Part shown: positions 9,301-17,600 of the stretch, one piece after another
Numbering within the stretch: position 1 is the stretch's first letter
Layout of the letters: each line of letters opens with the position of its first letter
Assembly: GCA_016218805.1 (NCBI GenBank)
Contig: JACRCW010000143.1
Location: forward strand, 1-52,711
DNA from: Deltaproteobacteria bacterium
GTDB lineage: Bacteria > Myxococcota > JACRCW01
Reading direction: 5' to 3'
DNA: 52,711 bases
Notes under the pieces: model-generated
What the model saw: the letters and a program-made list of their open reading frames with translations, nothing else
The model's database searches: none
What the model was told of the DNA's origin: nothing
Made by a program: the position numbers and the translations under genes

Positions 9301-10222
9301 GCGCGTCCCCGCGCATGGCATCCCGCGCGGGGAGCTGCGCGCGCGCGCGCGCCTGGATGAAGAGGAGTTTGACGCGGCGTTGGACAAGCTGTGGGTGCAC
9401 CGCGCCGTGACGGTGGACGCGGACGAAACCGTCCGCCCGACGGGCGCGCACTGGCAGCAGAGCTATGAGGCGCAGGTGGCGCACCGCATCCAGCAGGAGG
9501 AGGCGATTGCGCGGTTTGCGCAGGCGCACGGGTGCCGCATGCTCCGTCTGGTGCAGCACTTCGGGGACACGTCGGACCCTGGCACGCCGTGCGGGATGTG
9601 TGACGCGTGCGACCCCGGTGCGTGCACATCTCAGCAGTTCACGCCACCGGACGCGGCCGCGGTGGCGGGCATGCGCGCCATCCTTGGCCGGTTCCCGGGG
9701 TGGGGCGCCGTATCCCTTGGCGCGCTGTTCCGGGACGTGGAGACCGCCGTGGGTGATCGCCGTGCGTTTGAGATCCTGGTGTCCGCGCTGGTGCGCGCGG
9801 GCCTGGTGCACGCCGATGAGGCGGTGTTCCACAAGGTCGGGAAGGACATCACCTACCAACGCTTGGCGCTCACCCCTGACGGCGAAGCGGCGGACGACGC
9901 CATCCTGCGCGCCGTCCAGTTGCCGCGGGGCCTGGAGCCCACGGCCACACGGGGCCGGCGGCGCCGGACAAAAGCCCGGACGGAGCAGCCCGCGGCACCG
10001 GCGGACGGCGCGCTGGTGGAGCGCCTGCGCGAATGGCGCAAGAAGGAAGCGCACAAGCGCGGCGTGCCCGCGTTCCGCGTGATGGCGGACAAGGTGCTCC
10101 ACGAACTGGCCGCGCGCCGCCCCGCCGACGAGGAACAGCTGGAGCAGGTCAGCGGGGTGGGGACCGCGTTTGTGAAGAAATACGGCAAGGCGGTGCTGGG
10201 CCTGGTGGGCAGGCACCGCTGA
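6302..10222 (+). CDS. Single-ORF fusion: DNA topoisomerase III (type IA, N-terminal ~620 aa) + RecQ helicase (C-terminal ~680 aa, with Zn-binding and HRDC domains)
   Basis: TopoIII part: MVRVVVAEKPSVARDIA (TOPRIM Glu), ATDAGREGE (DxD), active-site LLSYPRTDSRHL. A linker follows (DPVTTRPPPPPAATAATRS). RecQ part: FRPHQEEV...MPTGAGKSLCYQLP (motif I), DEAHCISQWGHDFRPDY (DEAH), Zn motif CGMCDACDPGAC, and a C-terminal HRDC (LREWRKKEAHKRGVPAFRVMADKVLHELA). There is no stop between the two modules in the six-frame track. Confidence 0.85.
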   Translation: MVRVVVAEKPSVARDIAQVLGARSRGDGHLHGSGWVVTWALGHLVTLPQPHQVDRAWKPWRWERLPMLPRHWPLAVLEKTADQFAAVKRLITGQDVEYVVCATDAGREGELIFRFIYDAAGCRAPTRRLWISSLTADAIRRGFAALQPGSARDALAEAARGRAQADWLVGMNLSRAYSLGQQDVFSVGRVQTPTLAMLVERENAIRAFVPADYLEVVANFRAPGGAYTGRWFAPTPEKDPLSARRRLPAEGQRAGDIAARVNAAGRGCVERLDEETRRMPPPQLYDLTELQRHANRLFGFSAEKTLNVAQSLYETHKLLSYPRTDSRHLSADVAATLPAVVAAIAHAYQGDLAPDTGARPLGRRHVDDTEVTDHHAIIPTTVDARALSLTADERKVYDLVCRRLLMAWHPEHIWAVTNVVTRVDTPAGPERFHSHGTAVQQVGFKVLDVQRPGAARRAPGPRDDDDDDAADQDLPGGLQTGLEVGAGGAKVERKQTRPPKRYTDATLLSAMEGAGRIVEDKELSRAMKDRGLGTPATRAAILENLIKRAYVQRDGRALAATDKGIDLIARVHPDVKSPAMTGDWEAQLKAVERGQGTRAEFIQRVETYVTDVVGRVRNDPVTTRPPPPPAATAATRSVSLAQRDMQDLLTRVFGHARFRPHQEEVCRAVASGDNALLVMPTGAGKSLCYQLPGLCRGGTTLVISPLIALMEDQVAKLQSLGLAAERIHSGRDRPASRAACEAYLQGTLDFLFIAPERLAVPGFPELLARRKPALIAVDEAHCISQWGHDFRPDYRMLSQRLPLLLPAPVLALTATATPRVQQDIVEQLGMEAPRRFIHGFRRENLALELVEVPKPARFEAALRALSEPERRPAILYAPSRADAEELASFLSPHFSAAAYHAGMTARARDTTQTAFQAGKLDAVVATIAFGMGIDKADIRTVVHLALPVSVEGYYQEVGRAGRDGKPSRAVLMHSYVDRRMHQFFREKTYPPTTTLAQLLKRVPAHGIPRGELRARARLDEEEFDAALDKLWVHRAVTVDADETVRPTGAHWQQSYEAQVAHRIQQEEAIARFAQAHGCRMLRLVQHFGDTSDPGTPCGMCDACDPGACTSQQFTPPDAAAVAGMRAILGRFPGWGAVSLGALFRDVETAVGDRRAFEILVSALVRAGLVHADEAVFHKVGKDITYQRLALTPDGEAADDAILRAVQLPRGLEPTATRGRRRRTKARTEQPAAPADGALVERLREWRKKEAHKRGVPAFRVMADKVLHELAARRPADEEQLEQVSGVGTAFVKKYGKAVLGLVGRHR

Positions 10223-10234
10223 ACGCCGCCCGCA

Positions 10235-11272
10235 TCACCCGCGCACGGCCCGGCGCGCGCGGTTGGCAAAGAACCGGACCAGCCCGGCCTGGTTGTCCGC
10301 GCCCGTGGACAGCACCAGGTGGTCCAGGCTCAACCGCCGGAACCGGTCCGCCCGGCTGGCGCGTTCTTCGTGCAACCGGCGCTCAAACGCGGTCCGCACT
10401 GACGGGGACGAGGTGTCCACCAGCGACCGGCGCGCGGTCTCCGCGTCATACACCTCCAGCAGGCCCACGTCCGGGAGCTTCTCCTCGAGCGGGTCGGTGA
10501 CCTCCATGCAGATGAGATCATGCCGGCGGCCGGCGGCGCGCAGCGCCTTCTCCTCCGGGGAGCCCGGAGCACCCGCAAACGCGCCCGCAAAGTCACTGAT
10601 GAGGAACACCACCGCCTGCCGCTTGGCGGACGTGGACAACCACTTGAGGGGCTCTTCAAAGTCCGTGCGCGTGCCGCGCGCGCGCCCGGTGAGCACTTCG
10701 CGGATGACGCGCAACACCTGGCCGCGGCCCTTGCGGGGCGGGAGGAAGGTCTCCACGCGGTCCGTGAAGGTGAGCAGGCCCACCTTGTCCTGGTTGCGCA
10801 TGGCGCTCATGGCCAGCATGGCGGCCAGCTCCGCCGCCAGCTGCCGCTTGGTGCGCTGCCGCGTGCCAAAATCCAGTGACGACGACAAATCCACCGCCAG
10901 GAACACCGTGAGCTCGCGCTCCTCCACAAACTGTTTGACGTGCAGGTGGCCAGTGCGCGCGGTGACGTTCCAATCAATGAAGCGCACCTCGTCCCCGGGC
11001 GCGTACGCGCGCACGTCCGCAAAGGACATGCCGCGGCCCTTGAAATTGGAGTGGTAGGACCCGGCCAGCTGGTCATTCACCGTGCGGCGCGACGCGATCT
11101 CAATACGCCGCACGCGCTTGAGCAGGTCCCGCGTCTGCGCGATGGCCGCGTCCTGCCCGGACAGGACGGGGGCGCGCGGGCGCTTGAGCCAGCGGTCCAA
11201 CCACAGGCCGCTGCCGGCCAGCAGCAGTCCCGCACTGGCGGCGAGCAGCAGGATGAACGGATCCGCGTCCAT
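10235..11272 (-). CDS. DUF58 family (vWA-like) protein, MoxR-associated
   Basis: MDADPFILLLAASAGLLLAGSGLWL... has an N-terminal TM segment, then ...RGMSFADVRAYAPGDEVRFIDWNVTART... and VFLAVDLSSSLDFG (vWA MIDAS-like). It sits immediately downstream of moxR, with a GAGGAA RBS in the 10-nt gap. The start was chosen at the internal Met (M29 of the table ORF). Confidence 0.75.
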   Translation of the reverse strand: MDADPFILLLAASAGLLLAGSGLWLDRWLKRPRAPVLSGQDAAIAQTRDLLKRVRRIEIASRRTVNDQLAGSYHSNFKGRGMSFADVRAYAPGDEVRFIDWNVTARTGHLHVKQFVEERELTVFLAVDLSSSLDFGTRQRTKRQLAAELAAMLAMSAMRNQDKVGLLTFTDRVETFLPPRKGRGQVLRVIREVLTGRARGTRTDFEEPLKWLSTSAKRQAVVFLISDFAGAFAGAPGSPEEKALRAAGRRHDLICMEVTDPLEEKLPDVGLLEVYDAETARRSLVDTSSPSVRTAFERRLHEERASRADRFRRLSLDHLVLSTGADNQAGLVRFFANRARRAVRG

Positions 11273-11282
11273 GCCGCTTTCC

Positions 11283-12275
11283 TCAGGGGACCTCAACCCG
11301 CTCAAACACCTTGCGGATGATGTTGTCCGAGTTGATCTCCTCGGCCTCCGCCTCAAATGTCAGCAGCACGCGGTGGCGCAGGACGTCCAGCCCCACGGCC
11401 TTGATGTCCTCCGGGATGACAAACCCGCGGTGCCGCAGGAACGCGTGCGCGCGCGCGGCCAGGTTGAGCGCAATGGAGGCGCGCGGGGACGCGCCAAACG
11501 CAATGAGCGGCTTGAGCTCGCGCAGGCCCACGTTCTCCGGCTCGCGCGTGGCAATGATGAGATTGACAATGTAGTTCTTGATGCGGTCATCCATGTACAC
11601 GTCACGGACCACTTCGCGCGCGCGCTGGACCTGTTCCAGGGTGACCACGGGGCCGGCTTCCGCGGGGTGGCCCGCGGTCATGCGGTCCATGATGGCGCGC
11701 TCCTCGTCCCGCGTGGGGTAGCCCACCTTCACCAGCATCATGAAGCGGTCCACCTGCGCTTCCGGGAGCGGGTAGGTCCCCTCCTGCTCAATGGGGTTCT
11801 GCGTGGCCAGCACCAGGAACGGGTCCGGCAGCTTGAAGGTGGAGTCGCCCAGGGTGACCTGGCGCTCCTGCATGGCCTCCAGCAGCGCGGACTGCACCTT
11901 GGCGGGGGCGCGGTTCACCTCGTCAGCCAGGACCACGTTGGCAAACACGGGTCCCTGCTTGGGTGAGAAGCGGCGGGTCTCCGGGTCCCAGATCTGCGTG
12001 CCCACCAGGTCAGCGGGGAGCAGGTCCGGCGTGAACTGGATGCGCTTGAAGGTGCAGTGCAACGTCCGCGCGATGGTGTTGACCGTGAGCGTCTTGGCCA
12101 GGCCCGGCACGCCTTCCAGCAGGATGTGGCCGCCGGTGAGCAGGCCAATGAGGACGCGCTCCACCATCACCTTCTGGCCAACAATCACCTTCTGCGTTTC
12201 CTGCAGCACCGATTCCACGAACGCGCTCTCCTGCTGGATGCGCTGGTGCAGTGCTTCAATCTCCGCGTTCATCAT
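11283..12275 (-). CDS. MoxR-family AAA+ ATPase
   Basis: MMNAEIEALHQRIQQ...VIVGQKVMVERVLIGLLTGGHILLEGVPGLAKTLTVNTIARTL (Walker A) ...VVLADEVNRAPAKVQSALLEAMQE (Walker B/sensor). About 330 aa, with GGAGG before the ATGATG start. The start was trimmed from the table ORF (12446) to M58. Confidence 0.85.
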   Translation of the reverse strand: MMNAEIEALHQRIQQESAFVESVLQETQKVIVGQKVMVERVLIGLLTGGHILLEGVPGLAKTLTVNTIARTLHCTFKRIQFTPDLLPADLVGTQIWDPETRRFSPKQGPVFANVVLADEVNRAPAKVQSALLEAMQERQVTLGDSTFKLPDPFLVLATQNPIEQEGTYPLPEAQVDRFMMLVKVGYPTRDEERAIMDRMTAGHPAEAGPVVTLEQVQRAREVVRDVYMDDRIKNYIVNLIIATREPENVGLRELKPLIAFGASPRASIALNLAARAHAFLRHRGFVIPEDIKAVGLDVLRHRVLLTFEAEAEEINSDNIIRKVFERVEVP

Positions 12276-12430
12276 TCCTCCAAAGCCACCCGCCCCGGCC
12301 CACCGGGCGGCCCATCGGGGGCGCCTGTTTACCGCATGTGGGCCGCGGGGGAAGGGCCGCCCGGGACTGGCGCGGTCTTGCCGGCGGGCGGACGCGTGGT
12401 AGTAGCCGCGCGCGGCGACGGAGCGAGCGC

Positions 12431-13777
12431 ATGGCGCGGTCCACACAGGAATCCCACGGCGGCCCGCGCATGCTGGCGGCGCGCGTCCTGCACCGCGTGG
12501 TGGAGGAGGACGCGTACGTGGCGCTGGCGCTGGACGCGGCGCTGGGGCGGGCGGGCACGCTGGCGGCGCCGGACCGCGGGCTGGCCACGGAGCTGGTGTA
12601 CGGGACGCTGCGCCACCTGGCCCGGCTGGACGCCGCGCTGGGCCAGGCCTGTACGCGGCCGCTCAAGAAGGTGGACGCGCTGCTGCTGTGCCACGCGCGC
12701 GTGGGCGCATACGAAATGCTGGCCCTGGGCACCCCCGACCACGCAGCAGTGAATGAAGCGGTCACCGCCGCCCGGCGCAGCCGTGGGCCGGGCGCGGGGG
12801 GATTCCTCAACGGCGTGTTGCGCGGGCTGGCGCGGCTGCGGGACTCCGGGGCGCTGGCGCCCTCCCCGTCTGACGACACGGCGGCGGTGGTGGCGCGCAC
12901 GGGCGTGCCCGCCTGGCTGGTGGAGGACGTGCGGGCGCGGCTGGGACCAGCGGAAGCGGCGGCCTTTGCGGCCCAGTCACTGGAACGGCCGCGGGTGCAC
13001 CTGTGCGTGCCACGGCCCGGGGACCGGGACGCCACGGCGGCGCTGCTGGTGGGTGCGGGTGTGGAGGCGGAGGCGCACCCGTGGTGCGCCACGGGCGTGG
13101 TGCTGGAGCCGGGCAGCGGCTCCTGGGAGAAGCTGGAAGGGATCGTGGGAACGCGCGCGTTGGTGCAGAACGTGTCCAGCCAGTGCGTGGCCGGCTGGGC
13201 AGCGCGCGTGGCGGGGACCGGCGCGGTGCTGGACCTGTGCGCGGCGCCGGGCGGCAAGTCCTCCGTGCTGCGCGCGGCCGGCGCGGACGTCACGGCGGTG
13301 GACGTGCACGTGGACAAGCTGCACCTGGCGCGCAAGCAGTGGGCGCGGCTGGGGCTGGCGGTGCGTGCGGTGGCGGCGGACGGGACGCGGCCGCCGTTCG
13401 CGGACGGAGCGTTCCCCGTGGTGCTGCTGGACGCGCCGTGTACGGGCAGCGGGCTGTTGGCGCGGCGGCCGGAGATGAAGCTGCGCCGCGGTGAGGACGT
13501 GCTGGCGCGCCTGGTGGCGCTGCAGCGCGGGCTGCTGGACGCGGCGGCGGGGCTGGTCAGCCCCGGCGGGAGCCTGTTGTACAGCGTGTGCTCGGTGTCC
13601 AACGCGGAGGGGCCGGCCCAGGTGGACGCGTTCCTGGCGCGCCACCCGTCCTTCCGGCGCGCGGCCTGCGCCTTGCCGGTGCCGGAGGACGCCCTGGAGG
13701 AGGGCGCGCTGGCGTTGTGGCCGCACCGGCACGGCGTGGACGGTTTCTACGCGGCGCGTTTGCAGCGCGGCATCTGA
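12431..13777 (+). CDS. rsmB: 16S rRNA (cytosine-C5) methyltransferase RsmB/Sun (NusB-like N-domain + SAM MTase)
   Basis: MARSTQESHGGPRMLAARVLHRVVEEDAYV... is the NusB-like domain. ...VLDLCAAPGGKS (SAM motif), ...VVLLDAPCTGSGLLARRPEMK (PC motif) and ...SLLYSVCSVSNAEG (TC motif) identify the methyltransferase. Confidence 0.85.
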   Translation: MARSTQESHGGPRMLAARVLHRVVEEDAYVALALDAALGRAGTLAAPDRGLATELVYGTLRHLARLDAALGQACTRPLKKVDALLLCHARVGAYEMLALGTPDHAAVNEAVTAARRSRGPGAGGFLNGVLRGLARLRDSGALAPSPSDDTAAVVARTGVPAWLVEDVRARLGPAEAAAFAAQSLERPRVHLCVPRPGDRDATAALLVGAGVEAEAHPWCATGVVLEPGSGSWEKLEGIVGTRALVQNVSSQCVAGWAARVAGTGAVLDLCAAPGGKSSVLRAAGADVTAVDVHVDKLHLARKQWARLGLAVRAVAADGTRPPFADGAFPVVLLDAPCTGSGLLARRPEMKLRRGEDVLARLVALQRGLLDAAAGLVSPGGSLLYSVCSVSNAEGPAQVDAFLARHPSFRRAACALPVPEDALEEGALALWPHRHGVDGFYAARLQRGI

Positions 13778-13781
13778 GCGC

Positions 13782-14660
13782 TCACCGCCCGGGACGCACC
13801 AGGTACAGCGCGGGGGCCCGCGCGCTCAGCGTGAGCACGTCCCCCATGCCCACGGGGAAGCGCAGGTGGGAGCCGTCCACAAACACGGCGCCCTCGCGCA
13901 TGCCGCTGATGAAGCGCAGCAGGCCATGGCTCCCCACAAACCCGCCCACGTGGTGGACCACGGTGCCCGGCGGCGCGTAGGGCTCACGCACGCGATACTG
14001 GAAGCGGCGCGCCTCCATGTCATCCCGCTGGCCACCGGCGGAAAGCACTGCCGCGGTGGAGCCGGCGGCCGTGGCCACCCAGGCGCCGCTGCTCTTCTGT
14101 TCCTCGCGCGCGCGTCCCAGCTGCAGCGTGTAGCGCGAGGTGGCGGCAGGATTGACGTGGCAGAACAGCACGTCATTGAGGACGGGGACGCCCAGGCTGC
14201 GGCCATTGATGGCCACGTCCAGGCGCAGCAGGCGCAGCGGGCGCAGCGTGCGCGCCAGCACGCCCTCCAGCACGTCCGCAAACGTGGCGGCGGTGGCGCC
14301 GGTGAGAAACCCCACGCTGCGCGTGGGGTTGGAGTTCACACCCAGCAGCGGTGTGCGCGCCACGCGGTGGCTGGCGTCCAGCAGCGTGCCGTCCCCGCCC
14401 ACGGTGACGACAAGATCCGCGTGCGAGGTGGACCGCAGGTGCGCGCGGTACACCTCGCGCACGTCCGCCCCGGTGGCGCGGCAGGCGCCAAGCACGGCCT
14501 GAAGGCTGGCGGCGTGCTCCAGGTGGGACTGGGCCATGATGCGGGTCTGCACGGACCCGCGGCGCATCAACGCGCGGACCTTGGGCTCCTTGCGCTCCAG
14601 TGCGTACAACTGGAACGCGCTCTTTTTGTACACAACCAGGATGGTGCGGCGGCGTGCCAT
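13782..14660 (-). CDS. nadK: NAD+ kinase
   Basis: ...ADLVVTVGGDGTLLDASHRV (GGDGT), NDVLF..., ...WVATAAGSTAAVLSAGG, 292 aa. The start lies 7 nt after the stop of the upstream giant gene. Confidence 0.85.
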   Translation of the reverse strand: MARRRTILVVYKKSAFQLYALERKEPKVRALMRRGSVQTRIMAQSHLEHAASLQAVLGACRATGADVREVYRAHLRSTSHADLVVTVGGDGTLLDASHRVARTPLLGVNSNPTRSVGFLTGATAATFADVLEGVLARTLRPLRLLRLDVAINGRSLGVPVLNDVLFCHVNPAATSRYTLQLGRAREEQKSSGAWVATAAGSTAAVLSAGGQRDDMEARRFQYRVREPYAPPGTVVHHVGGFVGSHGLLRFISGMREGAVFVDGSHLRFPVGMGDVLTLSARAPALYLVRPGR

Positions 14661-14667
14661 GGGTGGG

Positions 14668-17600
14668 TCAGGCGCCCGGGCCCTTGCCGCCGCCCGGCTG
14701 CAGGTAGGGGTTCACGGAGATCATCGTCGCGCCGCCTTCGGGCTCAGCCTCCGGGGTGGGGGGCGCCACGGCGGGGCGCGGGCCGGGGGTGGGCGTGGGT
14801 TCCGCGGGCAGGGCCACGCCCGCCTCCAGCAGGGCGCGGGTGAGGCGGTCCACGCGCCCCTGCAGCGCCTGCATCCGGCCCAGGGACTCGCGGCGGATGG
14901 CATCGCGCTCCACGCGCGCCTTCTGGGCTTCCGCGCGCAGCGCCTCCACCTCGCGCCCCGCCTGCGAGGCTTGGGTTGCCTGCTGGGCGGAGGCTGCCGC
15001 GCGGGTCTCCGCGTCCTTGTACTTCTCCTCAAACTGCCGGAGCTTCTGCAGCGCCTGCTGGCGCAGTTTCTCCTTGTCGTCCTGGGCCTGGCGGGCAGCG
15101 GCCTCCGCCCGCCCGCGCGCGGCGTCCAACTCGGCCACGCGTTTCTTGAGCTCATCGCGCTCATTGGCGGCCTGCTGGGTGACGGTCTCCAGGCGGCCCT
15201 GCACCTCAGCCACGTGGTCCTTGCCGGCGCGGTCCGCCTGCTCCACGGCTTTCTGCAGTTCCTGCGCACGCCGCTCCAGCTGCTGCGCCTTGGCCACCAG
15301 CTGGGTGCGCGCGCGCTCCAGTTCCTCGCGCTCACGGGTCCGCGCGCCCAGGTCCGCTTCCAGCTGGGCGGCCCGTTCACGCTCCGCGGCGTGCGCGGCC
15401 TCCAGCTGCGTGCGGGCCAGCGTCTCCTGTTCCAGGCGCGCTTGCGCGCGCTCCACCTCGTGCTGCTTGTCCTCAATCTTCTTGCGCGCCGTCTCCAGGG
15501 ACGCGGCGGTCTCCTTCTGCGCGGCCTCGGCGCGGGAGCGCTCCTCCAGGGACTTCTGCCGCAGGCCGCCCTCGGTGGAGCGCGCGGCCTTCTGCGCCTC
15601 CAGCTCGGCGCGCAGCTCATTGACGGACTCCTCCAGCTCCGTCTTCTGCAGGCTCATCACCTGGTGGGAATTCTCCAGCTGGGCCACCCGGCCGCGCGTC
15701 TCCACCAGCTGCCGGTTGAGCGCCGCCTCGCGCGCGGTGACGTCCTTGCGCTCGCGGACCTGCTCGTGGGTCGCATCCTCCAGCTGCTTGATGCGGTCCT
15801 TCAGCTGGGAGGCGGTCTGCGCGTTGTCGTCACGTTCCTTGCGTGCCTGCGCCAGTTCGTCGGCCACCCCGCGTGCGCGCTCCGCCTCCGCGCGTGCCTG
15901 GCGTTGTGCCTCGGCCACCGCGGCCTGCGCCTTCTCCCGCACCTGCTGTTCGCTGGCCTGCACCGCGCGCAGCTTGTCGGCGCGTTCGCCGGCCAGTGTC
16001 TCGGCCTGCTTGAGGGCCACCTGGAGTTCGCCCAGGCGGACCTGCAGTCCCTCGCGCTCCGTCTTGAGGGCCTGCATGGCCTGGCCCGCCTGACCCTGGA
16101 CGCGCTCACCGTCGGCCTGCAGGCGTTGCAGGTCCGCCGCCACGGCGGAGGCCTCGGCCAGCGCGCGCTGTGCCTCCTCCAGTTCGCGCTCGCGGCTGCG
16201 CGCGTGCTCGTCGCGCTCGCGCAGGCGCGCTTCCAGCGCCTTGAGGGCCTGGTCGCGCTGCGAAATCGCCTCGCCCAACCGCTGCATCTCCGCCTGCGTC
16301 TGGCTCAGGGCCCGGGTGTTCTCGCCCTGCCGGCCGGCCAACTCCGCCTCGGCCTGCTGGGCGCCGGCCAGCAGCGCCTTGAGGCGCGCCACCTCGGATG
16401 ACAACTCGCGCGCGGAGGCGCGCGCCTCGTCCAGCTCCGCCTGCAGGCGCGCCAGCGCATCCCGGGCCTGGTCGCGCTCTTCGGCGCGCGCGGCCACGGC
16501 CCGCCGCTCGCCCTCCAGTTCCTGCGCGGCGGACGCCAGGCGCGCCTGCAGCCGCTCCACCTCCGCGGCGCGCGTCTCCAGGTCCGCCTCCCGCGCGCGG
16601 ACGGCGGCGCGGGCGTCCTCCAGCTCCCGCCGCGCCGCGGCCACCTGCGCCTCGCGCGCGGCCAGGTCCACCTGCAGGACCTTCTCGCGCGCCTCCACCT
16701 CACCGCGCTCCCGCTCCACGTCACGGACCTGCGCCTCCAGCGCCTGCAGGCCCGCGTCCCGCTGCGCCACCTCCTGCCGCAGGCGCGCGGCCCCGGCCCG
16801 CTCCTCCTCAATGCGCGCCTGCAGGCCGCGCTCCCGGTCAGCCTGCGTGCGCACATCCTCGTCGGCCTTCAGCAGGGACTGTTCCAGCCCCTCAATGGCG
16901 GCCTGCTTGTCGGCCAGCTGCCCCTTGAGCCCGGCCATCTCCTCGTTGAGGTGGACAATGTCCGCCTGCAGCCCGCGGAGGTCCCGCTCCTTTTGTTGGA
17001 TGGCGGCGTGCGCCTCATTGAGGCGCCCGCGCTGGGCCTGGAACGCCTCGTCACCGCGGGTGACCTGCTGGTGCAGCAGCTGCCGCCCCTGTTCCAGCTC
17101 CTCAATCTCCCCCACCTTGCGCTGGACGGAGGCCTCCAGGTTCTTGAGCTCCAGCGCGCGCGCACGCAGTGCCTCCTGCTGCGCGTTGATCTCCTCCTGG
17201 AGGCGCTCCACCTCCTCGGTGCGGGCGCGAACCTCCGCCCGCAGCGCGGTGAGCTGCCCATCGCGCTGCACCAGCGTGTGCTCGCGGTCCTCCAGGCGGA
17301 TGTTCAACGCACGCAGCTGCGCCTGCTCCGCCCCCAGCGCGCTGTCCAGCGCGGCGTGCGCCTCCGCGGCCTCATCCAGTTTCTGCCCCAGCTCGCGCAG
17401 CGAAAGGTCCCGCGCCTCAATCTGCTTCTCCAGGCCGGCGCGGCGCTCGTTGGCCAGCGCCAGCTTGTTGGACTCGTCGGCCAGCCGGCGCTCCAACTCG
17501 CCCAGGCGCGCCTCGCGCTCGCGCATGGCGGTCTCTGCCGCCTCCTGCATGCGGCGGGTCTCGCCCTCCTGGTTGGACTGGACGTCCTTGGCCTCCTCCA

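Noticed and set aside
12276-12446. N-terminal 57-codon extension of the MoxR ORF (GTG at 12446)
   Set aside because: The extension is Arg/Ala/Trp-rich. GGAGG directly precedes the ATGATG at 12275, and the AAA+ homology starts there.
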